From: an uncultured Pseudomonadota bacterium
GTDB lineage: Bacteria > Babelota > Babeliae > Babelales > UBA12411
Reading direction: 5' to 3'
Length of the DNA: 64,000 nt
NCBI GenBank assembly: GCA_964491895.1
Contig: CAZBHK010000003.1
Coordinates: 6,723-70,722 of the forward strand
Part shown: one piece after another, positions 19,819 through 30,079 of the stretch
Numbering within the stretch: position 1 is the first letter of the stretch
How the letters are laid out: each line of letters begins with the position of its first letter
Position numbers and translations under genes: made by a program
The notes under the pieces: model-generated
The model's input: the letters and a program-made list of their open reading frames with translations, nothing else
Told to the model about the DNA's origin: nothing
Databases searched by the model: none

Positions 19819-20553
19819 TTATAGCTGAAGTTGAATATCCTTTTGTAGTTTTATAATAGGGTTTTGTATATTGGCTATAAAATTTTCTATAATTTTTATC
19901 TGTTGTTCTTGGACTTCTTGATCTGTTTCAAATTCTTTATTGCAGTCCAGTGTTAGTACTGGGGTATTAATTAGAGAACCCAAAACATCTTTTTTATGGA
20001 TAAGCCAGTCTTCATGCTTTATGTGAAGACTTTTTAAGTAATCGAGAGGTATTGTTGATTCTTCTGTACGAGCTCGTTTTTTTAAGCGTGTATAGCAAAC
20101 TTCAGGATCTGTTTTAAGGTAAATGAAACCATTAGGTTTAGGTGCATAGTTTTCAACAAGCCATTCAAACCATTCCTTATAAATATTCCATTCCATTTCT
20201 GTCATTGTTCCGGACTCAAAGCAGTTTTTTGCAAAGCAATAACGATCGCAGAATACTGACCTTTCTAAGACTTGTATATTTTTATGGGGATTCTTTTTAA
20301 TGTTTTCTATTTGTACCTGTATTCTGCTAATGAAGGCATAGGATTGAAAGGTGTATGCCCAACGCTTAGTATCTTGATAAAAAAGATGTAAAAGGTTGTC
20401 GTTAGGAGATGAGTTTTGCCATTTATTAGTAGGTTCTTGGACAGGATCTATAGTAGGCATTTTTTTGGCTAGAATTTTTAGAAATGTTGATTTTCCAGCG
20501 CCTATATTACCTTCTATTATTAATATTTTTTTAGGTGAGTTATTGTGTTGCAT
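19819..20553 (-). CDS. Deoxynucleoside kinase (dCK/dGK family)
   Basis: EGNIGAGKST, ERS, RLKKRARTEE lid. Confidence 0.92.
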   Translation of the reverse strand: MQHNNSPKKILIIEGNIGAGKSTFLKILAKKMPTIDPVQEPTNKWQNSSPNDNLLHLFYQDTKRWAYTFQSYAFISRIQVQIENIKKNPHKNIQVLERSVFCDRYCFAKNCFESGTMTEMEWNIYKEWFEWLVENYAPKPNGFIYLKTDPEVCYTRLKKRARTEESTIPLDYLKSLHIKHEDWLIHKKDVLGSLINTPVLTLDCNKEFETDQEVQEQQIKIIENFIANIQNPIIKLQKDIQLQL

Positions 20554-20793
20554 AGTATTTATTCTCCAAGATTAGAGTTGATTTGTTAATATTTTCTTAA
20601 AGGTTAAAGTTTGTTTATTAAAATGAAAAGTTTTTTTAAAAATAGGGCTAAATGTCCTTTAAATGGTACTAAATTGACATTTTTACTTATTATAGTATTA
20701 AATTAGAGTAGGGTTAAATAAAATATATTATCCAATTTAATATTAATATCCGATATTATTTATGATATTAAATTTTGGTTCAGGTTTTTATAT

Positions 20794-22263
20794 ATGAGTA
20801 ATTATTTAAAAAAGATTTATATATTTCTAGTTATATCTACTTTGATGATTTCATCGGTTTACTGTGATGATGGTTGGGATGAATTTGAAGATTTTGTTTT
20901 TGAAGAGACAGACGTTAAAGAGACAGGAGAACAAACAAGAGGATTGCCTGATTCATTACAAGCTACATTATTTTCACAAACAGTGAGTAAGCCGCTTTAT
21001 AGGAATACTTTTTCTCCTAGAAGTAGGGATCCACTTTATTTAGTGCCTCAGGGGTACCGTGATTATAAGAAGAAGTATAGTTTTAGTCTCTATCCATTTT
21101 ATAATCATACAAATAGGGTTAATGTATCTTTGGGCGACGCATTTAGCTTAGATTTTCAGTCTAATGATAAAGAGCAAGATTTTTTTAGTATGATTACAGA
21201 AAATTTGGGCGCAGGGAATCCAGAAGATTTTTCAACCATTGTGCATTTGCTAAAGAAGTTATCTGTAGAAGAAAGAAAAACCGGAGGTCTAGTTAGGGGA
21301 CGCTTAGGTTATGGTCCACTGTTTTTATCATTAGATTCTTCTTTGTTATTAGTAGAAAGGAATCTTGTTACTAGTCAGGAGGATGAGGATCGTATACGAG
21401 AACTTGTGACAGCTAATTTCGGTTCAGATCAAACTAATGAGATAGACTTGAAAGGTGAATTTGTTAGACAGAGGATAGGTCTTGGTGATACACGATTAAG
21501 TCTGGGAATTATTGCTATAGATCAAACTAACTTTAAAACCATTTTGGGTTTTTCTGGCATACTACCTTCATCAGTTGGTGCTTTATTGGATGGGCATTTT
21601 AATAATCCTAGAAAAATAGTTCTTAGTGATTTTGGAGATGATCTTGAAAGGGTTCGGACTATTCTTTTAAATCCAAAGTTGGGTAATAATAAGCATTGGG
21701 GTATTGGTCTTTTTAATGAGACTAAATTATCTATGTTTGATGATGTTTTGAGTCTTTGGGCTAGAGTAAGATTTGAAAACTTTATTCCCAATAAGGAATC
21801 ACGACTTGTAATGTTTAAGCCAAGAATGAATATTCAACAGGTTGTAGGTAATTTAGATTTATTGGGAGATTTTAAAAGACAGTTTATAGCACCTACAATT
21901 TTTGATGCCATTGTTAATCAAGGAAGTGTTTTGACAGCAACAGTTTTCGGTGATTTAAAAATTAATAAACGATGGACTTGGGGATTGGGTTATGATTTCT
22001 ATTTAAAACAGCGAGAAGAGATAGAAAAAATTATTTCTTCAAATGAGCAAGAGGTTGGTAGTAATATTAATCTATTAGATTTGAATATTGATAATGCAGA
22101 AAATCCAACTGGAGTGCAGCATAAAGTCATGACTGAATTAAATTATAATGTATTCTTGAGAGATTCATCATTAAGTTTAGGGATAGGTGCAGATTATTCA
22201 TTAGCTGCTACTAATTTAGGTAAAGATTGGACAGTTTATACAAAATTTGGATGGAAATTTTAA
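20794..22263 (+). CDS. Hypothetical outer-membrane beta-barrel-like protein
   Basis: Signal peptide; amphipathic strands; terminal WTVYTKFGWKF beta-signal. Confidence 0.6.
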   Translation: MSNYLKKIYIFLVISTLMISSVYCDDGWDEFEDFVFEETDVKETGEQTRGLPDSLQATLFSQTVSKPLYRNTFSPRSRDPLYLVPQGYRDYKKKYSFSLYPFYNHTNRVNVSLGDAFSLDFQSNDKEQDFFSMITENLGAGNPEDFSTIVHLLKKLSVEERKTGGLVRGRLGYGPLFLSLDSSLLLVERNLVTSQEDEDRIRELVTANFGSDQTNEIDLKGEFVRQRIGLGDTRLSLGIIAIDQTNFKTILGFSGILPSSVGALLDGHFNNPRKIVLSDFGDDLERVRTILLNPKLGNNKHWGIGLFNETKLSMFDDVLSLWARVRFENFIPNKESRLVMFKPRMNIQQVVGNLDLLGDFKRQFIAPTIFDAIVNQGSVLTATVFGDLKINKRWTWGLGYDFYLKQREEIEKIISSNEQEVGSNINLLDLNIDNAENPTGVQHKVMTELNYNVFLRDSSLSLGIGADYSLAATNLGKDWTVYTKFGWKF

Positions 22264-22283
22264 ATATTTTGGGAAGGGTTATT

Positions 22284-22934
22284 ATGAAATTTAAAATTAT
22301 TTTAACTATAGCATTATTTTCACCATTTTTAAATGCAGAACAGGTAAAAATAGAAAATCCATTGAAAAAGAATTTTTTTATGATGGTTATTAATGATGGA
22401 TTAAGTTTATCAAAAAAATCAGGTGAGTATGTGCACGAAATAAAACTAGCAGGTGAATGTGCTAGAGATACACTTAAGCATTTACATACTCTGTCTAATT
22501 GTAAAACTAAGCCGGAACTTGAAATTCTTTATAAAAGTTTAAATAAAGAAGTTACTGATCTTGTTAGCAAAGAAGAAGCAATTTTGAAGCAAGAGATTTT
22601 TAATAATGTAAAAAAACAATTAATTGACCCTAGACAAAAGTTCTTTGAAATGCTCTTAGAGCATGCAACATATTTGAAAGAGCCTGTGCGTTTAAGTCTT
22701 AGTACTGTTAAAACCATAGACTTAGAAGCTTCTATTCTTTTAAAGCTTTTAGATGTTAAAGCAGATGAAGCCATTATTTTTTTGAATGCAGAAATTAAGG
22801 ATGAAGTTGTGCTTAAACAGCTGTGTACAGAATTTGTAACTCTATGTAAGCATTTATGGGATGCTTTATCAGATAACTTAAAAGCTAAGCGTCTTGAGTG
22901 GCTTAAGACTCGTGGAACTTTAATAATTAAATAA
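22284..22934 (+). CDS. Hypothetical secreted protein
   Basis: Start moved to ATG 22284 (MKFKIILTIALFSPFLNA), which removes the overlap with the upstream gene. Confidence 0.7.
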   Translation: MKFKIILTIALFSPFLNAEQVKIENPLKKNFFMMVINDGLSLSKKSGEYVHEIKLAGECARDTLKHLHTLSNCKTKPELEILYKSLNKEVTDLVSKEEAILKQEIFNNVKKQLIDPRQKFFEMLLEHATYLKEPVRLSLSTVKTIDLEASILLKLLDVKADEAIIFLNAEIKDEVVLKQLCTEFVTLCKHLWDALSDNLKAKRLEWLKTRGTLIIK

Positions 22935-22939
22935 AATCT

Positions 22940-25117
22940 ATGGAGCAACTGGTTGAGCTATGTGGTGTATTAGATAAATTGATTTTTCAAAGTCCGGAAA
23001 CGGGCTTTTCTGTTTTTTTATTAAAAGTTAATTCTAAAGAGTCTATAACTGTTAAGGGGACGTTGGCATCTGTGCATCAAGGTGAAACCGTTAATCTTAA
23101 AGGGAAATGGGTAAGTCATCCCAAGTTTGGTAGACAATTTGAAGCAATAGAATGTCTAGCAAGGTTACCTTCTAGTATAGAGGGTATAAAAAAATATTTA
23201 GCCTCTGGATTGATTAAGGGTATTGGTCCTTCATTTGCTAAGCGAATAGTAGAAACATTTCATGAAAATACTCTAGAAATAATTGATTCTAACCCACAAC
23301 GACTTTATGAAGTTAGTGGGATAGGTCAGAAGCGTATAGCTCTTATTATTAACGCTTGGAAAGACCAAAAAGAGATATCTAGGGTAATGGTATTTTTGCA
23401 AGAAAGAGGTGTTTCAACTGGTTTTGCCTCTAAAATATTTAAGTCTTATGGCCAAGAATCTATAGTAAAAATTCAAGAAAATCCATATAGACTTGCAGAA
23501 GATATTTGGGGTGTAGGGTTCAAAAGTGCTGATGCATTAGCTGTTAAGCTAGGTTTTGAAAAAGAGTCTATTGTTAGGGTTAAGGCTGGTATATTGTATG
23601 CTCTTAGAGAATTAGGGTCTAATGGGCATTTATATGGAGAGTTGGATGAACTTAAAAAAATTATAGTTAAGCTTTTAGAGTTAGAAATTGATAGTTTTAT
23701 TAAAAATGCACTTACTGAGTTATACCATGAAGAAAAAATAAAACTTTTAACATTTAATGAAAAACATTTTATATCATTGCCGCAGCATTATTATTCAGAA
23801 AAAGGTGTTGCTACTAAACTCTTGAAACTTAATCAACATACATCTTCATGCAAAGGCTTTGATTTTGATGAGATTTATAAAAAGCTTCAAGTTCAAGACA
23901 AAGGTGTTCTTTTAAATGAAGATCAACAAAAAGGTATTTTAACTTGTCTTCAAAATAAAATTACAATTATTACTGGAGGCCCTGGTACAGGAAAAACAAC
24001 TTTGATTAAAAAGTTTCTAGATATTTTAGAAGAAGATAAAATTAAATTTGCATTAGCTGCACCTACTGGTAGAGCTGCAAAAAGAATGTTTGAAGGAACA
24101 AAGCGTAATGCACAAACATTACATAGGCTATTAGAATTTTCTCCTGCATCTATGGACTTTGTAAAAAATGAACAAAATGCATTGTCGATTAATTATTTAA
24201 TTATTGATGAAGCATCTATGATAGATGTTTTTTTAATGCATTCTATCTTGCGAGCTATGCCATTGTCAGGCCACCTTGTACTTATAGGAGACGTTGATCA
24301 GCTTCCATCTGTCGGCCCAGGAAATATTTTGAAAGACTTAATAGCATCAGAGGTTGTTGCCGTTTTATCTCTAAAACAAATTTTCAGACAAGCTCAAGAT
24401 AGTCTTATTATTGTTAATGCTCACAAGATTAATAATGGTGAGTTCCCTGTTTCATTTCTAGAGAATTCTAGAAATGATTTTAAATATATTAAGGAAGATA
24501 TTGTTGAAAATATTTTTGGTTATCTTCGTCAGCTTTATACCGTTATATTGCCTCAAAAGAATATAGATGTATCGGATGCTATTGTCCTATGCCCTATGAA
24601 CAAGGGTGTTGCAGGTACTCAGCGTATTAATCAGGAGCTTCAACTTATCCTTAATCCTGGTAGTAATCCAGAAAAAGAGGCTTCTAGGTTTGGACAGGCG
24701 TACAAGATTAATGATAGGGTTATGCAAATTCGTAATAATTATGACAAATTTGTTTTTAATGGTGATATTGGATATATAACTGATATAGATAGAGTTGATC
24801 AGATCATTAAAGTACAGTTTGGTGAACGAGTTTTATCCTATGATTTTGTAGAATTAGACGAGCTTGTTCTTGCTTATGCAATTTCTATTCATAAGAGTCA
24901 GGGATCTGAATTTAAGGCGATCATTGTTCCTATTTTTATGCAGCATTTTGTAATGCTTCAAAGAAATTTAATTTATACTGCGATAACAAGGGCAAAAGAA
25001 CAATGCTTTTTTATAGGTGAAGCGAGGGCTATAGCAATGGGCGTTAAAAATAACAAAAGTATTAAGCGAAATACTTTTTTAAAAGAATTTCTTATAACTG
25101 ATTTAGAAGCTAGATAA
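22940..25117 (+). CDS. recD2: ATP-dependent RecD2-like helicase
   Basis: HPKFGRQF, HhH repeats, GGPGTGKTT, DEASM, AISIHKSQGSE, YTAITRA. Confidence 0.95.
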   Translation: MEQLVELCGVLDKLIFQSPETGFSVFLLKVNSKESITVKGTLASVHQGETVNLKGKWVSHPKFGRQFEAIECLARLPSSIEGIKKYLASGLIKGIGPSFAKRIVETFHENTLEIIDSNPQRLYEVSGIGQKRIALIINAWKDQKEISRVMVFLQERGVSTGFASKIFKSYGQESIVKIQENPYRLAEDIWGVGFKSADALAVKLGFEKESIVRVKAGILYALRELGSNGHLYGELDELKKIIVKLLELEIDSFIKNALTELYHEEKIKLLTFNEKHFISLPQHYYSEKGVATKLLKLNQHTSSCKGFDFDEIYKKLQVQDKGVLLNEDQQKGILTCLQNKITIITGGPGTGKTTLIKKFLDILEEDKIKFALAAPTGRAAKRMFEGTKRNAQTLHRLLEFSPASMDFVKNEQNALSINYLIIDEASMIDVFLMHSILRAMPLSGHLVLIGDVDQLPSVGPGNILKDLIASEVVAVLSLKQIFRQAQDSLIIVNAHKINNGEFPVSFLENSRNDFKYIKEDIVENIFGYLRQLYTVILPQKNIDVSDAIVLCPMNKGVAGTQRINQELQLILNPGSNPEKEASRFGQAYKINDRVMQIRNNYDKFVFNGDIGYITDIDRVDQIIKVQFGERVLSYDFVELDELVLAYAISIHKSQGSEFKAIIVPIFMQHFVMLQRNLIYTAITRAKEQCFFIGEARAIAMGVKNNKSIKRNTFLKEFLITDLEAR

Positions 25118-25256
25118 TATTTCAATCTAAGAACTATGGATTTTTTTAGTATATTTTATTAGCTTTACTGGAAGTAGTATTGATTAAGCCTATTGTAGGT
25201 TTATTGGCATTCTACTGTTATGAATTAATTTAGTTAAATAATTTAAAGGAATTACG

Positions 25257-25481
25257 ATGGAATGTGGCAAATATCATATGTTTCTATGGGGTGTAATTAT
25301 TTTTTTAGTTCTTATTATTGGTTTATTTTGGTTTAATCCAGGTATGTTTCGTTCTAATCAAATGATGATGCCTCAAGGTTCAATGATGCAACAAGGTGGC
25401 ATGATGTCTTCTCAGTCAGTTGAAGAAGTATCGGCTCCAGCAGTAGAAGAACCTGCCCCTATGGAAACTGAAGAAAAGTAA
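25257..25481 (+). CDS. Small membrane-anchored protein with M/Q/E-rich tail
   Basis: AAGGA RBS, single TM segment, terminator follows. Confidence 0.7.
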   Translation: MECGKYHMFLWGVIIFLVLIIGLFWFNPGMFRSNQMMMPQGSMMQQGGMMSSQSVEEVSAPAVEEPAPMETEEK

Positions 25482-25486
25482 TAGAG

Positions 25487-25515
25487 AGTCCCTCTTTATA
25501 GAGGGACTTTTTTTT
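25487..25515 (+). terminator. Intrinsic terminator
   Basis: AGTCCCTCT-ttat-AGAGGGAC followed by T8. Confidence 0.8.
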
Positions 25516-25529
25516 AATGGAGGTATGTG

Positions 25530-25703
25530 ATGAAAAAATATATAAAGTATATTATTTGGACAGTTATTATTATTGTTCTGCTTATTGTAGCTATTTATGT
25601 TGGTATATATATTAAAAACTTGATAATTAAACAGATAGTAGATGAAGCTGGCAAAAATGTTGTTGGAAAGATTTTCGATAATACTATAGGTAAACTATTT
25701 TAG
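25530..25703 (+). CDS. Small 57-aa single-TM protein (absent from ORF track)
   Basis: GGAGGT RBS at 25519-25524; MKKYIKYIIWTVIIIVLLIVAIYVGIYIKNLIIKQIVDEAGKNVVGKIFDNTIGKLF. Confidence 0.7.
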   Translation: MKKYIKYIIWTVIIIVLLIVAIYVGIYIKNLIIKQIVDEAGKNVVGKIFDNTIGKLF

Positions 25704-25778
25704 TTGGGGTGGTTGTTATTTTTATTGAAAGATCTACTATTTATTAATAAGTATTTTAATTAATAGAAAGAGTTAACG

Positions 25779-26291
25779 ATGAATATTTTGAAAAAGAAAT
25801 TTTATTCACCGTATATAGCAGGTGCATGTATAGGGTTATTGTCAGCTTTTAGTTATTTATTTACAGGCAAGTTTTTAGGTTCTTCAAAATCTTTTGTTTC
25901 TATAGTAGCTGCAGTAGAAACATTTTTGATACCAACACACGCACAAAATAAAGAATATTTTTTTAGTTATATCCCATATATAGATTGGCAAGTATTCCTG
26001 GTTATAGGTATTTTGCTTGGCTCATATATTGCATCTTATCTAGGAAATACAGGAGTTAAAAATGTAGTTCCATCAGTATGGGAAAAACGCTTTGGTAAAT
26101 CCAAAGGGTTGCGATATTTAGGTGCCTTTATTGGAGGAAATATTGTTATTGTTGGTGCCAGGTTAGCTGGTGGATGTACATCAGGTCATGGGATAACTGG
26201 TGGTTTACAGTTGGGTATCGCCGGTTGGTTATTTGTTATATTTGCATTCGGTTCTGCTATAAGTACAGCTTTATTAATTTATAAGAGATAA
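25779..26291 (+). CDS. YeeE/YedE family sulfur-compound transporter subunit
   Basis: GARLAGGCTSGHGITG motif. Confidence 0.88.
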   Translation: MNILKKKFYSPYIAGACIGLLSAFSYLFTGKFLGSSKSFVSIVAAVETFLIPTHAQNKEYFFSYIPYIDWQVFLVIGILLGSYIASYLGNTGVKNVVPSVWEKRFGKSKGLRYLGAFIGGNIVIVGARLAGGCTSGHGITGGLQLGIAGWLFVIFAFGSAISTALLIYKR

Positions 26292-26295
26292 GAAT

Positions 26296-26835
26296 ATGAT
26301 AGCTCCTATTAATCAATTATTACAAGGTCTTATTGTGGGTATCTTTTTTGGTTTTTTTCTACAAAAAGGTCGTGTTTCTAAGTTTGATGTTATTGTTAAT
26401 CAGTTATTACTTAAAGATTTTACTGTTTTGAAGATAATGCTTACAGCGGTTATTATTGGTGGGTTTAGTGTATATACAATGCTAGGATTTGGATTGATTG
26501 ACTCAATATCTATTCAAGCTGTTGTTATGCAAAAAGTTATAGTTGGTTCGATTATATTCGGTATAGGAATGGCGGTGCTTGGTTATTGTCCAGGTACAAC
26601 TATCGCTGCTATTGGTGATGGTGCTAAAGATGCCATTGTCGGGGCTTTAGGATTATTAACAGGTGCTGCTCTTTATGCAGAACTATTTCCATGGGTTAAA
26701 GCATATTTTAATGGCTTTGTATTAGAACGTAATATGACTTTAGCAACTATTGTAGGCATTCCTCCAATGTTGATACTTGTTGTAGTAGCGATCGCAGCAT
26801 TTTTTGGGTTTAAGTTTATAAGTAAATATGAATAA
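26296..26835 (+). CDS. YeeE/YedE family protein, partner subunit
   Basis: FGFFLQKG, FGIGMAVLGYCPGT motif. Confidence 0.88.
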   Translation: MIAPINQLLQGLIVGIFFGFFLQKGRVSKFDVIVNQLLLKDFTVLKIMLTAVIIGGFSVYTMLGFGLIDSISIQAVVMQKVIVGSIIFGIGMAVLGYCPGTTIAAIGDGAKDAIVGALGLLTGAALYAELFPWVKAYFNGFVLERNMTLATIVGIPPMLILVVVAIAAFFGFKFISKYE

Positions 26836-28186
26836 TAATTGTTTTACATTTATAATTTTGGGTGCTACTGGGGATTTAACTAAGCGTAAATTAATACCTG
26901 CTATATATAGGCGTGTTTTAGCAAATAAACTTGAAAAGTTTTCTATAGTGGGTGCTGCTTTATCTGATACTACTGTAAAAGAAATCTTTATTGCTTCAAA
27001 GAAGTTTGTAAAAAATGTTGATGAATCTGTTTGGAAGAAAATCGAAGATAATTTTTATTATCAACAGTTAGACTTTTATAATTTCGATGGTTATATCAAA
27101 CTTAAGAAGATGATAGAGCAAGTAGAGTTAGAAAATTTTGGTAATAGAATTTTTTATTTAGCTACAATGCCAGCACACTTTTCTATTATAACTAAGTATC
27201 TTTTGGAATCTAAGATTGTTAAGAAAAATGAAAGTCAGGCCAGAGTAGTTTATGAAAAACCATTTGGTTATGACTTAAAATCTTCTAGGCAGATTAATAA
27301 AGAAATTACAAAGGTTTTTAAAGAATCTCAAATATATAGAATAGACCATTATTTAGGTAAAGAGCTGATTGGAGATATAGCTCTTGTACGTTTTACTAAC
27401 AGAATATTTGAACCACTTTGGAATAATAAAAATATAGAGTCTATTCAGATTGTTTTGAATGAGGATATAGGTATTGAAGGACGAGGAGAATTTTATGATT
27501 CTACTGGTGCAATGAATGATGTTGTTCAAAGTCATATTCTTCAAATACTAGCGTTAGTATCTATGGAGACGCCTAAGGCTTTATCAGGCAAATATATTAG
27601 GGATGCCAAGGCTAATGTTCTCAAGAAGATTAAGGTTGATTCGGTTGTTTTGGGCCAGTATGAAGGTTATTGTGATGAACCTGGCGTTAAAAAAAAATCT
27701 AAGACTGAGACATTTGTAAGTGCAAAGTTGTTTATTAATAATAAGCGTTGGGATAAAATTCCATTTTATATTAAAACTGGTAAGTGTTTATCTAAGAAAG
27801 AAATTTACATCCATATTCGTTTTAAGATGGTTAAGTGTCCATTAGAAAGTTGTCCAGCAGATCCTAACTATTTGACTATAGCTATACAGCCAGATGAAGG
27901 TTTTTATTTGGGTATTAATTCAAAAATTCCTGGTAAGTATGAGGTTACTCCAGTTCAGATGGAATTTTGTCATAGTTGTCTTTATGGTGGGAATACTCCA
28001 CAAGCTTATGAGAATTTGCTTGGTGATGTGATGAAGGGTGATCAGTCCGTTTTTTTAAGGTATGACGAAATAGAACTATCATGGAAGATTATTGAGGCAA
28101 TGAAAGCAAAAAAATCTAAGCTATATACATATAAAAAATGTACAACTGGTCCCAAAGAACAAGGGAATATCAGGTGGCGTTTATGA
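26828..28186 (+). CDS. zwf: Glucose-6-phosphate dehydrogenase
   Basis: GATGDL, EKPFG, RIDHYLGKE. Confidence 0.96.
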   Translation: MNNNCFTFIILGATGDLTKRKLIPAIYRRVLANKLEKFSIVGAALSDTTVKEIFIASKKFVKNVDESVWKKIEDNFYYQQLDFYNFDGYIKLKKMIEQVELENFGNRIFYLATMPAHFSIITKYLLESKIVKKNESQARVVYEKPFGYDLKSSRQINKEITKVFKESQIYRIDHYLGKELIGDIALVRFTNRIFEPLWNNKNIESIQIVLNEDIGIEGRGEFYDSTGAMNDVVQSHILQILALVSMETPKALSGKYIRDAKANVLKKIKVDSVVLGQYEGYCDEPGVKKKSKTETFVSAKLFINNKRWDKIPFYIKTGKCLSKKEIYIHIRFKMVKCPLESCPADPNYLTIAIQPDEGFYLGINSKIPGKYEVTPVQMEFCHSCLYGGNTPQAYENLLGDVMKGDQSVFLRYDEIELSWKIIEAMKAKKSKLYTYKKCTTGPKEQGNIRWRL

Positions 28187-29076
28187 AGTTGGGCATAATA
28201 GGCTTAGGGCGAATGGGAATGTCTATAGCAAAACGAGTTTTGAAGTCTGGTAATGAAGTTATTGGTTATGATCAAAATATACAAGCTTGTAAATCCTTAG
28301 CTAAAATAGGAGGAGTTGTTGCTTCTTCTATTTTAGATATTACGGATAATGCTAGAGTTATATGGTTAATGGTTCCTGCTGGAGAGGCTGTTGATTCTGT
28401 TTTAAAAATATTAGAACCAGCATTGCGAAGCAATGATATTATCATAGATGGTGGTAATAGTTTTTTTGAGGATAGTGTACGTAGAAGTAAGTTTTTAGCT
28501 AAGAAAAAGGTTTATTATCTTGATTGTGGAACTTCTGGTGGACTACACGGTGAAAAAATAGGATTTTCACTAATGATAGGTGGAGATAAAAAAGCCTTTA
28601 ATAAAATTAAATCTTTAATTAGTATTATTGCTTCAAAAAATGGCTTTGCTTATATCGGTAATTCTGGCTCAGGACATTATGTAAAGATGGTACATAATGG
28701 TATAGAGTATGCTTTGTTGCAGTCTTATGCAGAGGGCTTTCATTTATTGCGAGAAGGTGCATATAAGAATTTAGATTTAGAGAAAATAGCACATGTTTGG
28801 AATCACGGTAGTATAATCAGGTCTTGGATATTAGAACTTTTGGAAAATATTTTTACAGAAGATCAAAAGTTAGAACATATTTCTGGTGAAATTGGAGAGA
28901 ATAAGACTGGTTTTTGGACATCGCAGGAAGCTAAGAAGAGAAATGTTTCTATAAAGCTTATTAAAGATGCTTTGAATATTAGAGCTGCTTCAAGGAAGAA
29001 TGGGGGTGATTATGGAACTAAGCTTGTTGCTATGCTTAGGGGGAAATTTGGTGGGCATGAGGTAACCAAGAAGTGA
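28183..29076 (+). CDS. gnd: 6-phosphogluconate dehydrogenase, short (YqeC-type)
   Basis: Start ATG 28183 overlaps the zwf stop; GLGRMG, IDGGNS, KMVHNGIEY, RGKFGGH. Confidence 0.93.
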   Translation: MKLGIIGLGRMGMSIAKRVLKSGNEVIGYDQNIQACKSLAKIGGVVASSILDITDNARVIWLMVPAGEAVDSVLKILEPALRSNDIIIDGGNSFFEDSVRRSKFLAKKKVYYLDCGTSGGLHGEKIGFSLMIGGDKKAFNKIKSLISIIASKNGFAYIGNSGSGHYVKMVHNGIEYALLQSYAEGFHLLREGAYKNLDLEKIAHVWNHGSIIRSWILELLENIFTEDQKLEHISGEIGENKTGFWTSQEAKKRNVSIKLIKDALNIRAASRKNGGDYGTKLVAMLRGKFGGHEVTKK

Positions 29077-29696
29077 AGATAATAGATATAAGTTGGCCCA
29101 TAACTGAAAATATTACATCATATAAGGATCAAAGAACTGTTGATCTTAAATTTATAAAAAATTTTGAAAATGATGTTGCTTTACGAGAGTCGATTATAAA
29201 GTTAGGCTCTCATACTGGAACTCATATTGATTCTCCTTCGCATTTTATAAAAAATGGAGACACCGTAGACAAGATCCCTTTAGGTAGACTTGTTGGGCCT
29301 TGTAAGGTTTTAGATTTAACTGATGTTCAAGAAAAAATCACTCATAAAGATTTAGAAGAGCATGAGATAAACAAGGATGATATTATTCTTCTTAAAACAA
29401 GAAATAGTAATTATTTTTCAGAAGATAAATTTGATTATAACTTTATTTACTTAGATATTTTTGCTGCTAATTATTTAGTGGATAAACAAATAAAATCTGT
29501 TGGAATAGATTATCTTGGTATTGAGCGTAATCAAGCTGGTCATCAAACGCACATGGCTTTTTTTGAAAAAAATATATGTGTAATAGAAGGCTTGAGATTA
29601 AATGAGGTTTATCCAGGTAAATATTTCTTGTACTGTTTACCACTTAAAGTGGTTGGGCTTGAGGCTGTGCCTGTGCGAGCTATACTAATACTCTAA
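29073..29696 (+). CDS. Cyclase family metal-dependent hydrolase (KynB-like)
   Basis: HTGTHIDSPSH, VGIDYL, IEGL, VRA motifs. Confidence 0.9.
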   Translation: MKIIDISWPITENITSYKDQRTVDLKFIKNFENDVALRESIIKLGSHTGTHIDSPSHFIKNGDTVDKIPLGRLVGPCKVLDLTDVQEKITHKDLEEHEINKDDIILLKTRNSNYFSEDKFDYNFIYLDIFAANYLVDKQIKSVGIDYLGIERNQAGHQTHMAFFEKNICVIEGLRLNEVYPGKYFLYCLPLKVVGLEAVPVRAILIL

Positions 29697-30079
29697 TCAG
29701 TTGCAAATTCTCCAGTTTTAACTTTAGGGAAAATTGTTTTTATTTTTTGTGCAAAGTTATTATAAAATATCTTTGCATTTATACTTGGCATTGCTTCTGT
29801 GAATGAAGGTCTGTTTCCTTTAGAGTAATCTTCGTATAATGTAAATTGAGAAACAAGTAGAATTTCACCATTAGTTTCCATAATATTTTTATTCATAAGA
29901 TTATTATCATCGGAAAATATATGAAGATTTAATATTTTTTTTATCATTAAGTCTGATTTTTGTTCAGTATCATTCTTGTGGATACCTAGTAGTACTAATA
30001 TTCCGTGATTGATATTAGCTATTTTTATATTATTGACAGTTACGGAAGCAGATAAAGTTCTTTGGGTAATAGTTTTCAT
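29693..30079 (-). pseudogene. dtd: D-aminoacyl-tRNA deacylase, C-terminally truncated
   Basis: SQFTL and KGNRPSF present, but the protein stops at GEFATD before the NDGPVT motif. Confidence 0.7.
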
